Assembly: GCF_018977255.1 (NCBI RefSeq)
Contig: NW_024704743.1
Span: 26,476,001 to 26,540,000 of the forward strand
Source of the DNA: Callorhinchus milii
Lineage: Eukaryota
Direction: 5' to 3'
DNA length: 64,000 nt
Below are positions 1 to 11,439 of the stretch, piece by piece (position 1 is the first letter of the stretch; every line of letters starts with the position of its first letter). The notes below the pieces were generated by a model, which saw nothing but the letters and a program-made list of their open reading frames with translations, made no database searches and was not told where the DNA came from. Both the position numbers and the translations under genes were made by a program.

Positions 1-484
1 AGAGCCCTGAGAAATGCCGCACGAGATGGTCCAAGGGCTAGAGGAGAAGCGATTTGAGGAAATGAAGTGCAGGCGGTGTGAGAGGTACAACCTGAACCAA
101 TCAAGGACAGCGCTGTGGAGGTTGAGGTGAGAGGAGAGGCCGTGGATGAGGATAGAGTGATCGACATCGTCGAAAGCAGCAGAGAGGTCAAGGAGGATGA
201 GGAGGCAGAGGGAGCCCTGGTCGCAGATGGACAGAATGTTGCTGTGGGCGGCACGGAAGCCCGATTGGAGGAGTTTGAGAAGGGACTGGAGGTAGAGGAA
301 GGAGCAAATCTGAGAAACAACAACTCATTTCAGGTCCTTGGAGAGGAAGGAGAAATTGGAGTTGGGGTGGTAGTTAGGGAGAAGAGAAGGGTCCAGGGAG
401 AGTTTTTTTAAGAATAGGAGTGATGACACTGTTTTTTAAAGGGGTGGGAACAGTACCAGAGGACAGGGAAAGGTTAACGACGTC
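1..484 (-). mobile_element. L2-clade LINE ORF2 fragment (reverse transcriptase N-terminal part), degenerate, runs off the window start
   Basis: The minus strand translates to SLSSGTVPTPLKNSVITPILKK..LDPS..NYHP.SNFSFLSK..QSGFR..LLILLDLSAAFDDVDHSIL, typical L2/CR1 RT motifs, with a stop and a deletion. The + strand ORF 115..411 is its antisense. Confidence 0.9.
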
Positions 485-1639
485 TCAATGTAATGTTTCA
501 CTGAATTTACTGCATGGTTCAGTGACTGTGTTTTGTAAGCAGACACAGCAGTCAATTTGTGCATGCATTTAGGTATTAGTGTTCAGTAATAAAGCATAAT
601 AAAAATAATCATAATCATAATCCTTGGGTTTGGTAAAATGCTGTATGATATCAAAACGTTTCAAAGTGTTTCACAGGATTTACTATAAGCTGTAGTACAG
701 TTGTAGGTGATGATTTTTTTTAGGTTATTGTTTTTCTACAATTTAAAAAAAATCTAAAATTTACAAGTGTTGATTGACAAAAGAAATATTTTGCAGCGAA
801 ATAAAATGTCCTTTCCTCTGACTATTGGTTAAAACGATCCACAGAAATTTGCGTTGTATTTCTTTCCTCCCGTGGTGTAGAGTAACATCTGCTGGTTGTG
901 TTGTAAAATCTCACTGTAAAATCCCACTGGCAAATCAAGTTGAATCTAAAATGCCTTTCGATTAGGAAAATTCCCATTTCATTCTGCAAACTAATTACAA
1001 GATCTCAGGCGTTCAACATAATTTCTGAATATTTCTTCGGGTTTCTGGTTCTCTTTTAATCTTTGATGCCTGCAAACTCTTGTCAGAATGACAATGCGAA
1101 TCAAAAAGCATAACTAATAGAATAAACCATATTGAGCTAGGAATAGTGATGCTGAATCGGTGTGTTTGGTCTGAATATTTTTTTCCCCCGCAAAAGACTA
1201 GACTAACAGCAGATCAAAGAGTGTCAGCTCAGTGCTTTGTCTTTCTGCGACGAATGGACTTTCATGTTTCTCAAATTTGGACTTGGTCCAAAGTTTTGTA
1301 CAACTTAGTCAACTGAAGTATCTAATGTATCTATATACTATTTACAAACTGGATCGTTCTGAATATCTTTGCCAAAACGTCAATATTCCCTCTCCTCCCT
1401 CCTCCTCCTCCTCCTTGACTACAAAAAGAGTTTCCGATCTGTTTTAAAAAGAATGGAAATATTCCTATAGTTGGACAGGCTATGTTTTAAAGTGGATTTT
1501 TATTTACGCTTAGCTCTGCTCTGTAACACGGTCATGTAATTTTGTTGTTGTTGTTGCTGAGGTTGAAAATGTGGTATTTGAGGTCAGTGCCGATGGTGTA
1601 GTGGCAGGATTGCAGCTTATGAGCTTGCCTTTCTGGCCC

Positions 1640-1732
1640 AACCCGCTCAAACTACATCCTGTGACTATCCAGTGCTTGGGATGTCCTCCTGACGTAAATG
1701 GCGTAATGTAAATGCAATGTGTTGTTATTGCT
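1640..1732 (+). mobile_element. L2 3' tail fragment
   Basis: gtgcttgggatgtcctcctgacgtaaatggcg...aaatgcaatgtgttgtt matches the L2 3' stem-loop and (TTG)n tail seen in other copies. Confidence 0.7.
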
Positions 1733-1749
1733 GCATGAGGAAGCAAAAT

Positions 1750-2050
1750 TGACTCCTTTCTCAGTGTTAGGGAAGGGAAAGACAGCTGGTTTCCTGCTCC
1801 CAGTCCTTGTACAGCACTTTCTGTTGTTTGTGCCTGTGTGTGGTTGCTGGCTGAGAAGAGATTAGGGTTTGGCTTTGATGCCCTTTACGGTTGAGTGTCC
1901 TACAGACACTAATAATAATAATAATAATAATAACTGCCAACGCTCAGATATGAATGATTGTCAATTAGGTGGGGAACCAGCAGGCAACCCATGCCTGTGG
2001 AACTGCACCCCAGTATAAGCCTAGGAACCACGAGCATTTTCCAATGGAGA
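1750..2050 (+). mobile_element. Ancient SINE-like repeat (family C), diverged, containing an (AAT)n microsatellite at 1911-1932
   Basis: Motifs agggaagggaaa..cagctggtttcctgctcc..gtgtgtgg..gggtttggctttgatgccc are shared with 8640-8920, 16590-16990, 22570-22790 and others. Confidence 0.55.
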
Positions 2051-2224
2051 GAAAATTAGATTCCTATAAATCCTGTGAAGCATTTTGAGACGTTCTCCCA
2101 ACATGAAAGGTGAAATATCAAATGCAAAGATTATTATTATGTATCAGGACAGTGGCGAAGTATTTAGAAAGAAGCCCATTCAGACTTAAACAAGAAACCT
2201 GTGGGTTTAATACTGCAATTTAAT

Positions 2225-2560
2225 ACAGAATAATTGCATTTGACATAGCGCCATGTCACATTGTTCTCAAAGCACTTCACAGGATTTGCTGTAAAGTGTA
2301 ATGACCGTATTTTTTTGTAAGCGAGCACTGCAGCCAATTGTCCCACAAACAGACATGAATTGAATGACTAGTTTTATCTAGGGGACTGATGACAGGAAAC
2401 TGAGAGAAACTCCCTTCTCTTTTTAAATAGTGCCATGGGATCTTTGAAGTCAGTCTGACCCAGATGACAGAATTTTGAGATGCTGTCTCACTCAAAGCAC
2501 GGCACCTCTGACAATGCAAAAACACACTGCCATGACTGCATGTGAAGTGTTTGCCTAGAT
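2225..2560 (-). mobile_element. Deu-domain SINE (SacSINE1/AmnSINE1-like), 3' and central part; head displaced to 3040-3135
   Basis: aaactcccttctctttttaaatagtgccatgggatctttgaagt is the reverse complement of the Deu core. The shared SINE tail lies at about 2230. Confidence 0.7.
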
Positions 2561-2596
2561 CAGGATAGTCCAATTTTTTGGCTGCTGAGGGCCAGA

Positions 2597-2902
2597 TAAT
2601 AATAATAATAATGTTTGCAGGCAAATTGTGTGGGTGAAATGCGGCAGCCAATTGTGCACAGCAGTGTCCCACAAACAGTCATGGATTGAGTGACCAAATT
2701 ATCATTATAATTTTATTTGAAGGAATTATTACCCCCAGAAAAGCTATCTACCAATTGACTAACAAACGGGTTCCTACTTACTGCTAGGTAAACAGAGCCG
2801 TGTGGAGTAAACAGACTTGCCCAACGTTTCGTCCTGCCGGGAATCGAACCCAGGTCTCTTGCTTGCTTGCGAGTGCTCTAAACACTGAGCTACAGGACTC
2901 CA
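2597..2902 (-). mobile_element. Young tRNA-derived SINE, subtype A (elephant-shark SINE2-like)
   Basis: tRNA-like head (rc of ggagtcctgtagctcagtg..gggttcgattcccggc), central ctgtttacctagcagtaagtagg block and (ATT)n tail. Confidence 0.85.
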
Positions 2903-3039
2903 AATGCCGGATTTGAGAAAAGTCTGCGGACGGCATAAGCAATATTTTATCGCGATTGGCCAGACCCAGGCCTGCATGTCGCCTATATTTGTTCGTTGGA
3001 AAATTAAATTGGGAAAGGTATGGGCTGCAAATTGGACCA

Positions 3040-3135
3040 CCCTGGCTTTCACTATGAGCTCAAAGTCCTGATTTGGGGCTTGAACCCACAACCTTCAGAC
3101 TCAGAGAAAAGTGCTACCAACTGAGCTAGGATAAC
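3040..3135 (-). mobile_element. Deu-SINE tRNA-like head fragment
   Basis: ggggcttgaacccacaaccttcagactcagag..gtgctaccaactgagc has the same form as the heads at 14880-14944 and 48600-48660. Confidence 0.7.
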
Positions 3136-3919
3136 ATGAAATTCATTTGATTTTCAGATTAAAAGAAAATAAATATAAAAGTAGTAGAGCTGAATTACTG
3201 TTACTTAAAGAAACCTGAATTTCGCAATTGGAGATTTGTCTCTTGTAAAGAAAAAAACAAAACAGAAACCAAAGGACAACAAACAAAGACATACAGTTTT
3301 TTGCAATCTATTATTTTCTTAATCCATGCTGTTCTTGAAATAATCTCCTCCTTCAAAATAAAATGTTACTGACTTGCTACATTTTTGATTCTGCTGTGAA
3401 TGCTGCTGCTATCCTTAAAGGCTTAGTGCAGCAGATGGGTTTATCAGAAGCAGTGGCAACAAATCTCATACAACAACACAGAATGAAACAACAATAGACA
3501 ATTTACAGTTTTTAGGTTTTAAAGGCAAACTCATGTGTGATGAGGAGTCTCGGTTAACTGTCCTGTGTTTCGCATGTACACGTCGCTGGTTTAGGATAGA
3601 TGCCTACCTGCTGAACACAGAATCATTCCTATGAACCGCACATTGTGAGAGATACTCTATAGAATCGTCCCTTTAGCAATTCAGTCTGAAAAAAATCACA
3701 GGAAGCACTGAATGGAAGTGAACGTTGGGAGAGGAGTTGTGCCGATCTGAGATTCTATTAAGGTAAGATGGTTTTCACAAACACATGTTGTTTACAATGT
3801 GTTTCCATTTGCAATTTATATTTTTTTCTCCCCTTTCTGTCATGAAAGTGCTGATTTCTGCTGCTACAAACTGCTGTTAACTATTCCAGAGGTAGTAAGC
3901 TCTTCAAAATAAATAAAAA

Positions 3920-4083
3920 CCATAATTTTGTTTGTGGGACACTGCTGTGAACAATTGGCTGCCGCGTTTCATCCACCAAATGTACAGTCAATTCACTTTA
4001 CATTATATTCCGTGAAGCACTTTGAGACTTCTTGAAGATGTGGTAAGGCGCTGCATCAAATGCAAGAATTATTATTATATTAT
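3920..4083 (+). mobile_element. 5'-truncated SINE (shared 3' body and tail)
   Basis: tgtttgtgggacactgctgtg..aattggctgccgcgttt..atcaaatgcaagaattattatt. Confidence 0.8.
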
Positions 4084-5593
4084 TAAAATTATCACATTCC
4101 ATTTTGCAATTTTCCGTTTTAGGGTTCAGTTCGATAGTATGTTAACATTTAATACCAGACCGTCCTGCTGACTAAATAGAAACTTTGAATGGAAAGGATA
4201 GCAAGCTCTACCATATTCTCAGTTAATGTTAGTTGAAGTTACTATTAAGTTACTTGGTAAATCTAATATGTGCTCTTGACATAACATAAGCCTTGAAGCT
4301 TGAATGAAGAGTAAAGCATTCAGTCTGATCAATTGACCTGATATTGATTAGATCTGGTATTTTCTGAGAAGATGCATATGATCCTTGCATAATGATAATA
4401 ATGATCCTTACATTTGGTATAGCACCTTTCATGTTGTGAGGGTGTCCCAAAGAACTTCACGGGATACACTGTAAAGTTCTGTGGGTGAAAATGGCACCTA
4501 ATTTGTGCACATGTTGGATAATAATCCTTTTGCTGTGAAAAGCTATTGCAAAACAAACTCATACACTTGACTTTTTCTTCCCAAACCAATCTCTTTGCTC
4601 TCATTCTGTCCCAAAACCAGACGTGCTTAGTGATCTGCAAACACGGGTCACTTCAATGTTTATCCATTAAGCCTCATGGAGCTACATTCAAGGTTAAACA
4701 TCTCACAGGGGGATTAATGATGCATTAGACTTGAAAAATGCTGGGCAAACATGACAATAAAAGCACCTTTGAGCTGTTTTTCATGATGTTGCTTCAAACT
4801 TTGCCAGAGTGGAATAACCTGTCATATGCAATACAATAAGTCTAGACAGAAACCTATAAATTCAGGGTCCTTGTTACCGCTGCCTCGCATAAGTGCTAGC
4901 ATGATCCCAGGTCTATCACAGGCTGTGTTGAATGGGATTTGCCATGGGACCAACTATTATACTAGCTGCATTCATTGTAAGGATAAGACATTACAGAACA
5001 GTGGCAACTCATTGTTCATTTATTGGTAGATAAGTGTAAAGGTGTGGAAAACATCCAAGAAATAACAAGATCTGCTGAAACGATGACCACCCCTGACTCG
5101 TGACCATCTATCATTGGGTTCAAGTTCTCCCACCTATGATTGCTCTGCAGTCTCTCTGATACCTCAGTTGGTGGTAAATAGATTTACTGTTTGTGCCATG
5201 TCAGTGTTGCTCCATGGGCTAAGGCAAGTAAAGGTAAGCTGATGTCCCATGATGTCGCACTGAAATGACATGCTGTAGGGTTGGTAATAATAGACGCACA
5301 GGCCAGTGCAATTCAAATATTGGTGGTTAAAATGTTTAGAATAACTTCTGTCCCAACTGTTCCTCCAAAGATGGAGGAGCTGGGTTTCCAGAGTCATTTG
5401 TAATTCAGTAGATGAAATTTGTGGTGTCTGTCTTAATAGACTCAATAACACCTCAAATATGTTAGCAATCATCATATTTTCATAGCTTCGTATCTAACAA
5501 AAACATCTTCTAGAAACTGTATGGCATCAAAAGAATCTGCAGTGTGCGTGATACAAAGTGAAAGACCCACTAACTGAATTGTACTGAAAGAGT

Positions 5594-5915
5594 TATAATA
5601 ATAATAATCCTTGCATTTGATATAGCGCTTTTCACGTCGGGAGGACGTCCCAAAGCGCTTCACAGAACACACTGTAAAGTGAATTGACTGTATATTTGTG
5701 GGTGAACGCGGCAGCCAATTGCGCATAGCAATGTCCCACAAACAGTCGTAGATTGAAAATGACTAATTTATTATTGTTTTTGGTTTTGGAGGGATTATTA
5801 TTAGGCTCTGTGTGGAGTAAGGAAACTTGCCCAAGGTTTCGCCCTCTGCCTGGAATTGAACTCAGGTCTCTCGCTTGCAAAGCGAGTGCTCTAACCACTG
5901 AGCTACAGGACTCCA
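5594..5915 (-). mobile_element. Young full-length tRNA-derived SINE, subtype B
   Basis: Nearly identical to the reverse complement of 18120-18435 and 42300-42614. It has a head with A/B-box-like motifs, an L2-type stem-loop and an (ATT)n tail. Confidence 0.92.
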
Positions 5916-5959
5916 AATGCAATGTAAAGGAATGCTCAGGGCAGGTTAGAGCTTGGTAG

Positions 5960-6445
5960 CCTATCCGCGAACCTTGAGCCTATCAACCCCATCCTCCCCG
6001 GTTCCACTGACTCCCTATCCCCTGACGGATCGGGTTTAAGATCCTTGTCCTCACTTTATATCCCTCCATGGTCTTGCCCCAGCCAACCTCTCTGACCTTT
6101 TAAAACCTTACCAACCTGTCCACTCCCTCCGCTTGGCAGGCATTGGCCTGCTCCATGTCCCCTTCCCTGCGCACCCAGCCATCGGTGGTTGGGCCTTTAG
6201 CCTTTCTGCTCCTACTCTTTGGAACTTCATCCCGGAGTCCCTTTGCCTCATCCCTTCCCTCACTTCCTTCAAGCTCCATTTCAAGATCTTTCTCTTTGAC
6301 ATTGCCATTGATCACCTTTCCTCTCCTCCACCCCTACCCCACCCAAATCCAACCCCAAGCTCTGGTGCAAATCTTCGAACTGTCCAGAGCCTTTGAGCTG
6401 TCCTCCCGCCATGAAAAGTACTATATAAGTACAAGTTGTTGTTGT
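5960..6445 (+). mobile_element. L2 LINE 3' end (ORF2 C-terminus, 3' UTR and (TTG)n tail)
   Basis: Translates to ..RIGFKILVLT..IGGWAFSLSAPTLWNFIP..SFKLHFKIFLF, the L2 ORF2 terminus. The tail is aagttgttgttg. Confidence 0.85.
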
Positions 6446-6658
6446 AGAGTTTATATAATAATTAATCGTACTTGTCCAGCAGGCCAGTACTCACTGAACA
6501 GCTGGGTCAGTAGGGTTGAAGGAGCTTGCAGTAATAGTGTGAGGTGAGACTGTGAAGGAATTTGATAGTTAGAAAAGGTTTTTAAATTCAATTCACTGGT
6601 GGATGGGGAGCTCATAGAGCTGAACAAGGATGGGAATGATAGGCTGGCAGAATCAGGT

Positions 6659-7597
6659 AACAACAACAACAAAATTACATTTGTATAGTGTCTTTCACGT
6701 CAGGAGGACATCCCAAGGTGCTGGACAATCAATGTTTTGGACCCTAGCTGGGGGTCAGAATTGGGGAGGGTGGAGGGCAGGTGGGGAAGGAGGGTGACCG
6801 AAGGCACGGTCAAAGAGGAGGGTATTGAGACGGGTCTCGAAGGAGGCAAGGGAGGGAGCGAGGCGGAGGGACTGCACGTTGAGTTCCAGAGGGTGGGGGC
6901 AGAGTGGCTGAAGAGCCACCCGCCAATGGTGGGTCGGGCGAGGCGAGGGACGTGAAGCAGGCCGGAGCCTGCTGAGCAGAGAGAGCGGGCAGGATGGTAG
7001 AGGGTTAGGAGGTTGCAGATGTAGGGAGGAACAAGGCCATGGAGGGCTTTGAAGGTGAGGACCAGAATCTTGAACTGTATCCTCTGTGTGATGGGAAGCC
7101 AGTGGAGTCGAGGGAGGTTGGGGGTGATAGGATCATGGAGCCTGGTGTGGGAGAGAACATGGGCTGCAGAGTTCTGGATGATCTGCAGCCTATGGAGGGA
7201 GGCGTTGGGGAGGCCGACAAGCAGGGAATTGCATTAATGAAGCTTGGATGTTACAAATGCGTTTAAGAGGGTTTCAGCGGCCTGCGGTGTGAGACAGTGG
7301 CGGAGCCGGGCGATGTTGCGGAGTTGGGGGAAGGCAGAGTGGATAGTTGAGGGTCAAACAAAACGCCAAGTTTCAGACTGGCTTAGTAAGGTGGAGAGTC
7401 CTTGGTGATGCTGTCAGTGCCAGAGATGTGGCGGCGCTGACGGGAACCAATCAGGAGAGCCTCGGTCTTGTTGACGTTCAACTGAAGAAAGTTAGCCCTC
7501 ATCCAGGACGATGTCTGACAGCCATTCTGTCAGGACAGCAGCGGTCCTGGAGTCGGGGGTGGAGGCAGAGAGGTAGATTTGGGTGTCATCGACATGG
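6659..7597 (-). mobile_element. L2 LINE 3' ~940 bp, 5'-truncated at the RT (Y/H)xDD region
   Basis: (CAA)n tail at 6659, with reverse translations WMRANFLQLNVNKTE and LQIIQNSAAHVL. Same subfamily as 27629-28261 and 55058-55880. Confidence 0.92.
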
Positions 7598-8639
7598 AAG
7601 GTAAGGGAGAGGATCCTGGCTGCAGAGTTTGATCTGGTCAGTCATCAACATTATATCTGTGATTATTTCAGACTTGGCTGGCTTTTGCAGGCATGTCTTC
7701 CTGAATCCAGGTCAGCTGCATCCATACCTAATCCATACCTCCTCCCCTTCTATAGCACTTTTTGCTCTATATTCCCTCGCCTTGTTCGAGGGACAATGTT
7801 CAAAATAAAAGTGTTTAGAAGTGTGCTGAATATTACTGCTTAGTGAATTTAAGTGAATGAACATCAATGAGGCTCCAACTCCCTTCATTCAGAAAGGTTT
7901 TACTGCACATTAGAGGCTGAGTTATGGTGATGTGCAGAAGTGATCTGCCCTCTGAGAGACAATTGTCAGAGTCCTTCAGTTGTGCTGGCTTTACTGTCTA
8001 GTGTGTGCTATCCTAATACTTGTACAGAACACACATCGTCTGTGTAATTTAACCTTGATGCTGTTTTTCTGTGCAAAGAGAGTGATGTTTCCATATTGTG
8101 TGGGAAACAAAAGATTACTGCTTCCAACTTGATCTGGGAAGGGCATAATGTGTTCACAAACAGCCTGATATGAGCTGTAGGCTTCTGTTTGGTGATAGAA
8201 TCTGAGTGGAGGAGTTTGAGCCACTGTGCTTTGCAAACATATCGCAAGCAAAATAAGCTTTTGCTATGTTTGTGATTAAAACAAACATTTTATGTTTGGA
8301 GTGGATTGGAATAACTCAATAACAACACACTGTCAATATGTTACAGGAGAAGTAGTGGATTTTTCATTTGGGGCATTATTGTTTCCATTATGGAGGCAAT
8401 TGCCTTTTTTATTAAAGAGACATTGTTTTTCCCTCAAATGATGCTGTAATTTCTATTAAAGGGGCATTGCCTTAAGGAAAAAAAATAGTTTGCAAACCCA
8501 CTTGGTTTCTTTACAAACAGGCAAACAATGATGTATGATGTGTCAAAGCACCATAGCATCACTTCTGTGTGATGTCACCATGATTGATTTACCAAATGAT
8601 TCTTGCCTCGCTTTAAACAAAAAGAGAAGTGTGGACATC

Positions 8640-9210
8640 CCACACTGGCTCACTTGGACCGTGTATGAAACTGAGCCATATGAAGCCAGATGGGCCCAGC
8701 TTTGATCTCTGGGCTGTGCTAAGTTGACTGATCTCAAGTAAGAGGTGTTAAAATTCAGCGCCTTGGGACGTCCTCCCAACATGAAAGGTGCTATACGCTA
8801 TATTGTTGTGGTTGTTGTTACAATTGGCTTCAGTGCCCCTGGGCTAGGGAAGTGGTCAAAATCAGATTTTCCATTGCTAATCAGCATGAGTAACCTCTAT
8901 TGAAAGTGCGTGGGAATGAATATCAGAGGCCTGAAATTCCATCTAGTCTTACTCTGTCAGACCATTTAAAATTTAGGATGTTAAGAATCGTGGTATTGCA
9001 AATTCAGTATTAATGTAGTAGCCAGTTCTAATTTTTAAATCAAGAAAAAATTGTATTTTCCTTAGTCCTGCACAATCTTCCATTTTAAGATCACAAATGA
9101 GGTAACAGGCTAAGACAGGGTGGAATTTGGGCTCAGCTGTGGGCAGGATTGGGCTCAGCTCGGCTCATCTGAGGCCTATAGTTGAACAGTCAGATAAGAT
9201 GTGTTGTCTG
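8640..9210 (+). mobile_element. Ancient SINE-like repeat (family C), interrupted by an L2 tail (8755-8820) and a ~200-bp insert (8926-9133)
   Basis: tttgatctctgggctgtgctaagttgactgatctc..tacaattggcttcagtgcccctgggctaggga; the family sequence resumes at gggcaggattgggctcagct. Confidence 0.6.
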
Positions 9211-9212
9211 GA

Positions 9213-9450
9213 ATCACATAGAGTCCTAGAATCTTACAGCACACAAGGAAGCCATTCAGCCCATCGTGCCTGTGCCAGCTCTTTGAAAGCTACCCAATTA
9301 GTCCCACTCCCCTTTCTTTCCCCATAGTCTTGCAAATGTTTTCCTTTTCAAGTATATATCCAATTCCCTTTTGAAAGTTATTATTGAACCTGCTTCCACC
9401 ACCCTTTCGGTTAGTGCATTCCAGATCGTAACAACTCGCTGAATAAAAAA
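9213..9450 (-). mobile_element. CR1-clade LINE 3' end (shark HER1-like)
   Basis: The reverse strand encodes QRVVTIWNALTERVVEAGSIITFKRELDIYL, the CR1 ORF2 C-terminus, followed by the typical 3' UTR and 8-mer tail repeats. Confidence 0.9.
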
Positions 9451-9754
9451 ATATGATGTACAATGTACCTGTGCAGAATGAGAAACTGGAGAGGGTACTC
9501 TGCTCATGGAACAGTAATCCAGCATTGAGTCAGCGTTTTCATAAGAGGCAGAAAGCAAATTCAGAGAATAAAATGTCAAAAAATACAATGCGAGACGTGA
9601 TAGTTAGCACTGGTGATAATCATCACATCATAGGACAATCTACTCCTGTCGATGTCCTGGGCAATGACTGACAGAGGTGATCTGGCAAATATCTCCTCAA
9701 TTTCATTTCCTTTTGTTCAGCTCAGTCAAGTGACTGACATACGGAAACCAAACT

Positions 9755-10350
9755 AAACTAATCGTTCCACACCAGCCTGGAAATTTCTGTTTGTCTGGAA
9801 TGCACTCTCTCCCAGGAAGGAGGTACCCTATTCACCTAATCAGTGTTAGGTAATTTAGCAAGACGTCAAGGCCAAGGCTTGGGGCCCCCAGAGAGTGCGT
9901 TGGAATTCCGGACGGGGAAAAACCTAAGGCAAGCTCCTTACTCCACACACCTCTGTTTACCTAGCAGTATGTAGGAACCTAGTTGTTAGTTGATTGTCGG
10001 ATCGCTTTCTGGGGGTAATAATCCCTTGAAAAAAATAATAATTACACGGTCACTCAATCTACGACACGCTGATGCATTTCGCCCACAAAATAGACAGCTA
10101 TTTCACTTTACAGTATATTCTGTGAAACGCATTGAGATGTTTCAACGATGTGATAAGGCGCTATGTCAAATCCAAGGATTATTATTATTACTTCTGGAGT
10201 TTAACCAGCTAAAACAGACTGGAGGCGAACCAGCTTACTATTTTGAACACTGCCTGGTAAACTTCACACAACTTATCCAGCGAGTACCACTGCTCATTAT
10301 GGCTTGTCGGGTTAACGGGAACTGAGTGGGAAAATTGCTGCTCCCAGTGC
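9755..10350 (+). repeat. Unclassified interspersed repeat (family X), split by a subtype-A SINE at about 9900-10190
   Basis: ggaaatttct..gtctggaatgcactctctccc..ccaaggcttggggccccca before the SINE and ctggagtttaaccagctaaa after it are collinear with 50940-51360. Confidence 0.6.
9900..10190 (+). mobile_element. tRNA-derived SINE subtype A, head partly truncated
   Basis: ccttactccacacacctctgtttacctagcag..aaggcgctatgtcaaatccaaggattattattatta. Confidence 0.85.
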
Positions 10351-10939
10351 AGTCTGTGCCCTTTGCTGCTTGCTGCAGCTATTGAGCTGTTGGATGGCAC
10401 CTTTGACCCTGCTGCTGTGGGGATCCCACCCAGTTCCGTGCTGGTTCGGGGAATATCAGCTTAATTAAACTTTGGGCATTGTTGTTTTGTTCTTGGTTTT
10501 GGACTGTGTTTGGAAAATGAATAATAAACCGTTTTACAAAGAGTATCCAGTGAATTGAATACTTTCATTCAGATAAAGATTTAATGTGTGGAAAATGTTG
10601 GCCTTCAGGTTAATTCCTACTGGCTTCTTTCCATGCTTCATCATTGTTTAGTCTCCTGATCAAAGCAGCAACAATCACAGTCCCGACTGATCTGAGAGGC
10701 AGGGCAACAGAATGCTTGATATTGTGAGATAGATTCAGTCATGAAACGAATGGAGAACTCAAGTGTTTGGTTGTTTCAGTGCTTGAAGTTGTCTACTGGG
10801 CTTGTATGGCAGTACAAGTCAAGTACACTGATCTGAGCACACACGTACGCTACATTTAAATTGTGACGTTTGACTGCGGAAGTGAAGATATACGAGTTCT
10901 TTAAGGAGCAGCACCACTTAACCCATAGATGGTTAAAAT

Positions 10940-11430
10940 TACTAAAAGAAGGATCAACAAGATAGGTCCTAAGGTGTGTTTTAAAGGCAGAGGGAGTGAG
11001 ACAGTGGGACTCCTGAATGGAATTCCAGAGAACAGGGGCAGAATGGCTGAAGGCTTGCCCATTAATGGTGGAGCAGATCAAAGTGGGCCATACATGCCAT
11101 CCAAAACTCTGCAGCTCTTACCCTTTCACGTACCAGGCTTTGCAAGTCTATCACAGTCATCTTCACTCCTCTCCAATGGCTTCCCATCTCCCAGCAGATT
11201 GACATTAAAATCCTCGTTCTTCCGTTCAAATGCCTCCAACCGTATTGTTGCAATCTCCCACTGACTCCTTCCACACTGCCAACTCTGGCTGGTTCACGTG
11301 CCCACAACCCTCATTCCCATGGATGGATGTACTTTAGGCCACCAGGTTCCGTTCTCTGGAACGCTTTGATTGAATCCCTTCTCCATCTTGCACTCATCCT
11401 CTCCACTTTCAAAACTCTTCTAGAAAGTAT
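10940..11430. mobile_element. Two old L2 3' fragments in divergent orientation (- 10940-11085, + 11090-11430)
   Basis: The minus piece encodes INGQAFSHSAPVLWNSI..FKTHLRTYL. The plus piece encodes AIQNSAALTLSRT..LQWLP. Confidence 0.7.
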
Positions 11431-11439
11431 CATTTGATT

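Noticed and set aside
115..411. 98-aa Glu/Val-rich ORF on the + strand
   Set aside because: It is the antisense reading of an L2 reverse transcriptase fragment.
3748..3750. In-frame TGA as possible selenocysteine or readthrough codon
   Set aside because: There is no SECIS evidence, the family is not known as selenoproteins, and the exon itself is unproven.
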